DNA from: Piromyces finnis finn
Taxonomy: Eukaryota; Fungi; Neocallimastigomycota
Direction: 5' to 3'
DNA: 64,000 bases
NCBI GenBank assembly: GCA_002104945.1
Contig: MCFH01000006.1
Span: forward strand, 930,001 to 994,000
Shown: positions 62,101-64,000 of the stretch, in pieces
Layout of the letters: every line of letters starts with the position of its first letter
Numbering within the stretch: position 1 is the first letter of the stretch
Translations under genes and position numbers: made by a program
The notes under the pieces: generated by a model
The model's input: the letters and a program-made list of their open reading frames with translations, nothing else
The model's database searches: none
What the model was told of the DNA's origin: nothing

Positions 62101-64000
62101 ACATTTCAGGAAGTAACGACGGCAATATAAATAACTTTACCTTGGAAGAAAATAATTTAAAATATAATAATTTAAAATATAATAGTGCTGACGAAACTGA
62201 AATTTGTGAAATTAAAGAAGTGAATATAAAGAGAAATGACGACAAGAAAAATAAAAATATAAACAGTAAAGACAATTCAAATATATCAAAGGATAATAAA
62301 AGGAATAATAAATACCTGAATGCAAAAGGAAATGTTTATTTTATAGAAGAAAATTCAGACATTGTAAATAAAAATGAATTAATTGAAGAAGTATTAAAAA
62401 TACCATCAGAAATGGAGATAAATGATTTAACTGGAGAAATTGACAATAATGATTTTTTAAATATCCTGAGTCCTGACATTGATTTAGGAACAAGAAAGAA
62501 AATTGATTTTGAAAATATTGAGAGTGTCAAAAATAATATAAATAAAAATAATAGAAAAGAAATAGAAAATAATTATTCAAATGTAAAAGTAAATTATAAG
62601 AATGAAGAATATTATAAGAAAAATTACATACCTATTAATGAGAATGAAATAAGAAGAAATTTGAATAAAGAAAATATCAATATTCCTGAAGAAAAGTCCA
62701 AATTTAAAAATATTTCTGATGAAAAAGAAAGTAATTTAAATAATCAAAATAAAAAGGAATATAATTTGAGAAATTTAAAAAATAAAAATGAAATTAAAGA
62801 TCCAATCAATAAAGATAAATCTAAGAAAAAATTTTTTGATAAGAAAAAGTTATTATCAAAACAAAATTTTTTGAATAAGAGAAATCTAAATAGAAAATTA
62901 AAATCCAATAAAAATTTTAAATTAAATGAAAATCATCCACCAAAGGAAGAAAAATTCCCAAGAAAGCGGAAACTTGTTCCAAGTGAAGATGTCATAGAAG
63001 AAAAATTTAGTAAGCCACATGAACATGAACCAGAAAAGAAGAAAATTAAGGAAGTGGCGCTAACTATAGCACAAATCAAGGAGCCAAATTCCTATAATGA
63101 TATATTTAAAAGAAAAGATAAGGATAAGTGGATAAAAGCAATAGAAGCCGAATTGCTAAATATGAAAGAAAGAAAAGTGTTCAAAAGAATAGATGAAGTT
63201 CCAGAAGACGCCAATATTATTGATTCAAGATGGGTATTTAAGATAAAAAGGAATAGCACTGGTGAGATAGAAAAATACAAAGCTAGACTTGTAGCCAGAG
63301 GTTTTACACAAGAATATGGAGAAGACTACAATGAGACCTTTTCTCCTACTCTAAAACAAGACTCATTAAGAATCCTAATAGGAATAGCTGCAATTAATAA
63401 CTATAAAATCCATCAATTAGATGTTAAGGCCGCATATTTGTATGCAGATTTAAAGGAAGATATATATATGAAAGCACCTAAAGGAGATAAAATGTATAAA
63501 AAAGGATTATGGAAATTAAATAAAGCATTATATGGCTTAAAACAAGCAGCAAGAGAATGGAATAACAACATCAGCAATACTCTCATTGAACTAGGATTTC
63601 AGAAATTAGTTAGCGAACCATGCATATTTATAAAGACCAAAAACAATAAATTAGTATGTTTAGTTGGAATATATGTTGATGACATCCTAATAACTGGTAA
63701 AAAGGAAGAAATAGATAAAACTATTAAATTAATTAAAGAGAAATATGTTATCACGGATGTTGGTGATGCAAATTTCATCATAGGAATCAAAGTAGAAACG
63801 TTAAAAGATGGGTATTTGTTACATCAAGAAAGGTATTTAAAGGATATATTACACAAATTTGGTTTAGAAAACTGCAGAGGATCAAAGACAACTACACCAA
63901 TCAAGAATGATGAACAACTCAATCAGCCTTTTGACCCTACTACTTATAGAGCTGCAATAGGAAGTCTTTTATATTTAGCCATAGGTACTCGTCCAGATAT

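Larger units (their letters stand above)
58861..64000 (+). mobile_element. Ty1/copia LTR retrotransposon, near-intact, truncated by the window end
   Basis: Domain order is gag, PR, IN, RT. Gag starts at ATG 59144 (NFITWQMFM...EMWKLLE..Y) with zinc knuckle CYFCHQKGHTVKQC. Protease: WTLDSGASNHI. Integrase: WHRRIGH...CTIC, HIDLVGP, LRSDNGTEF, PEQNGRAER. RT: SRWVFKIK...YKARLVARGF, LDVKAAYL, LYGLKQAAREW, IYVDDILI, IGSLLYLAIGTRPDI. The frame at 59802 and at 63951 is the same, and the ORF track lists no stop-terminated + strand ORF downstream of about 60.1 kb. Confidence 0.96.

Noticed and set aside
62000-63790. Minus-strand ORFs in the copia pol region
   Set aside because: Antisense shadows of the open pol frame.

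Overview
This is a very AT-rich eukaryotic window with short GT-AG introns, almost certainly from an anaerobic gut fungus (Neocallimastigomycota). The evidence is a GH48 cellulase with two fungal non-catalytic dockerin (CBM10-like) repeats, flagellar genes, and extremely AT-rich intergenic DNA. From 1-30 kb it holds housekeeping and ciliary genes: a D-2-hydroxyglutarate/D-lactate dehydrogenase, ARL3 and AK7 head-to-head, a Tubby-domain gene, a DHHC palmitoyltransferase, a PEX26-like gene, an ANKRD13-like gene and several orphans. From 33-38 kb there is a 7-TM receptor-like gene and pseudogene relics. From 40-55.5 kb is a carbohydrate-active block: three tandem intronless Cthe_2159 (DUF4353) beta-helix genes, each with different repeat insertions, followed by a GH48 with dockerins. 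From 55.6-64 kb there is a decayed LINE and a nearly intact Ty1/copia LTR retrotransposon that runs off the window. The most notable observations are: (1) the Cthe_2159 x3 + GH48 block; (2) a copia primer-binding site complementary to the anticodon arm of tRNA-Lys(CUU), implying half-tRNA priming; (3) an apparent Sld2/RecQL4-N-like domain spliced in frame to a Tubby domain; (4) a PEX26-like gene in an obligate anaerobe. All family assignments and exon joins come from manual motif recognition and translation; no database searches were run.
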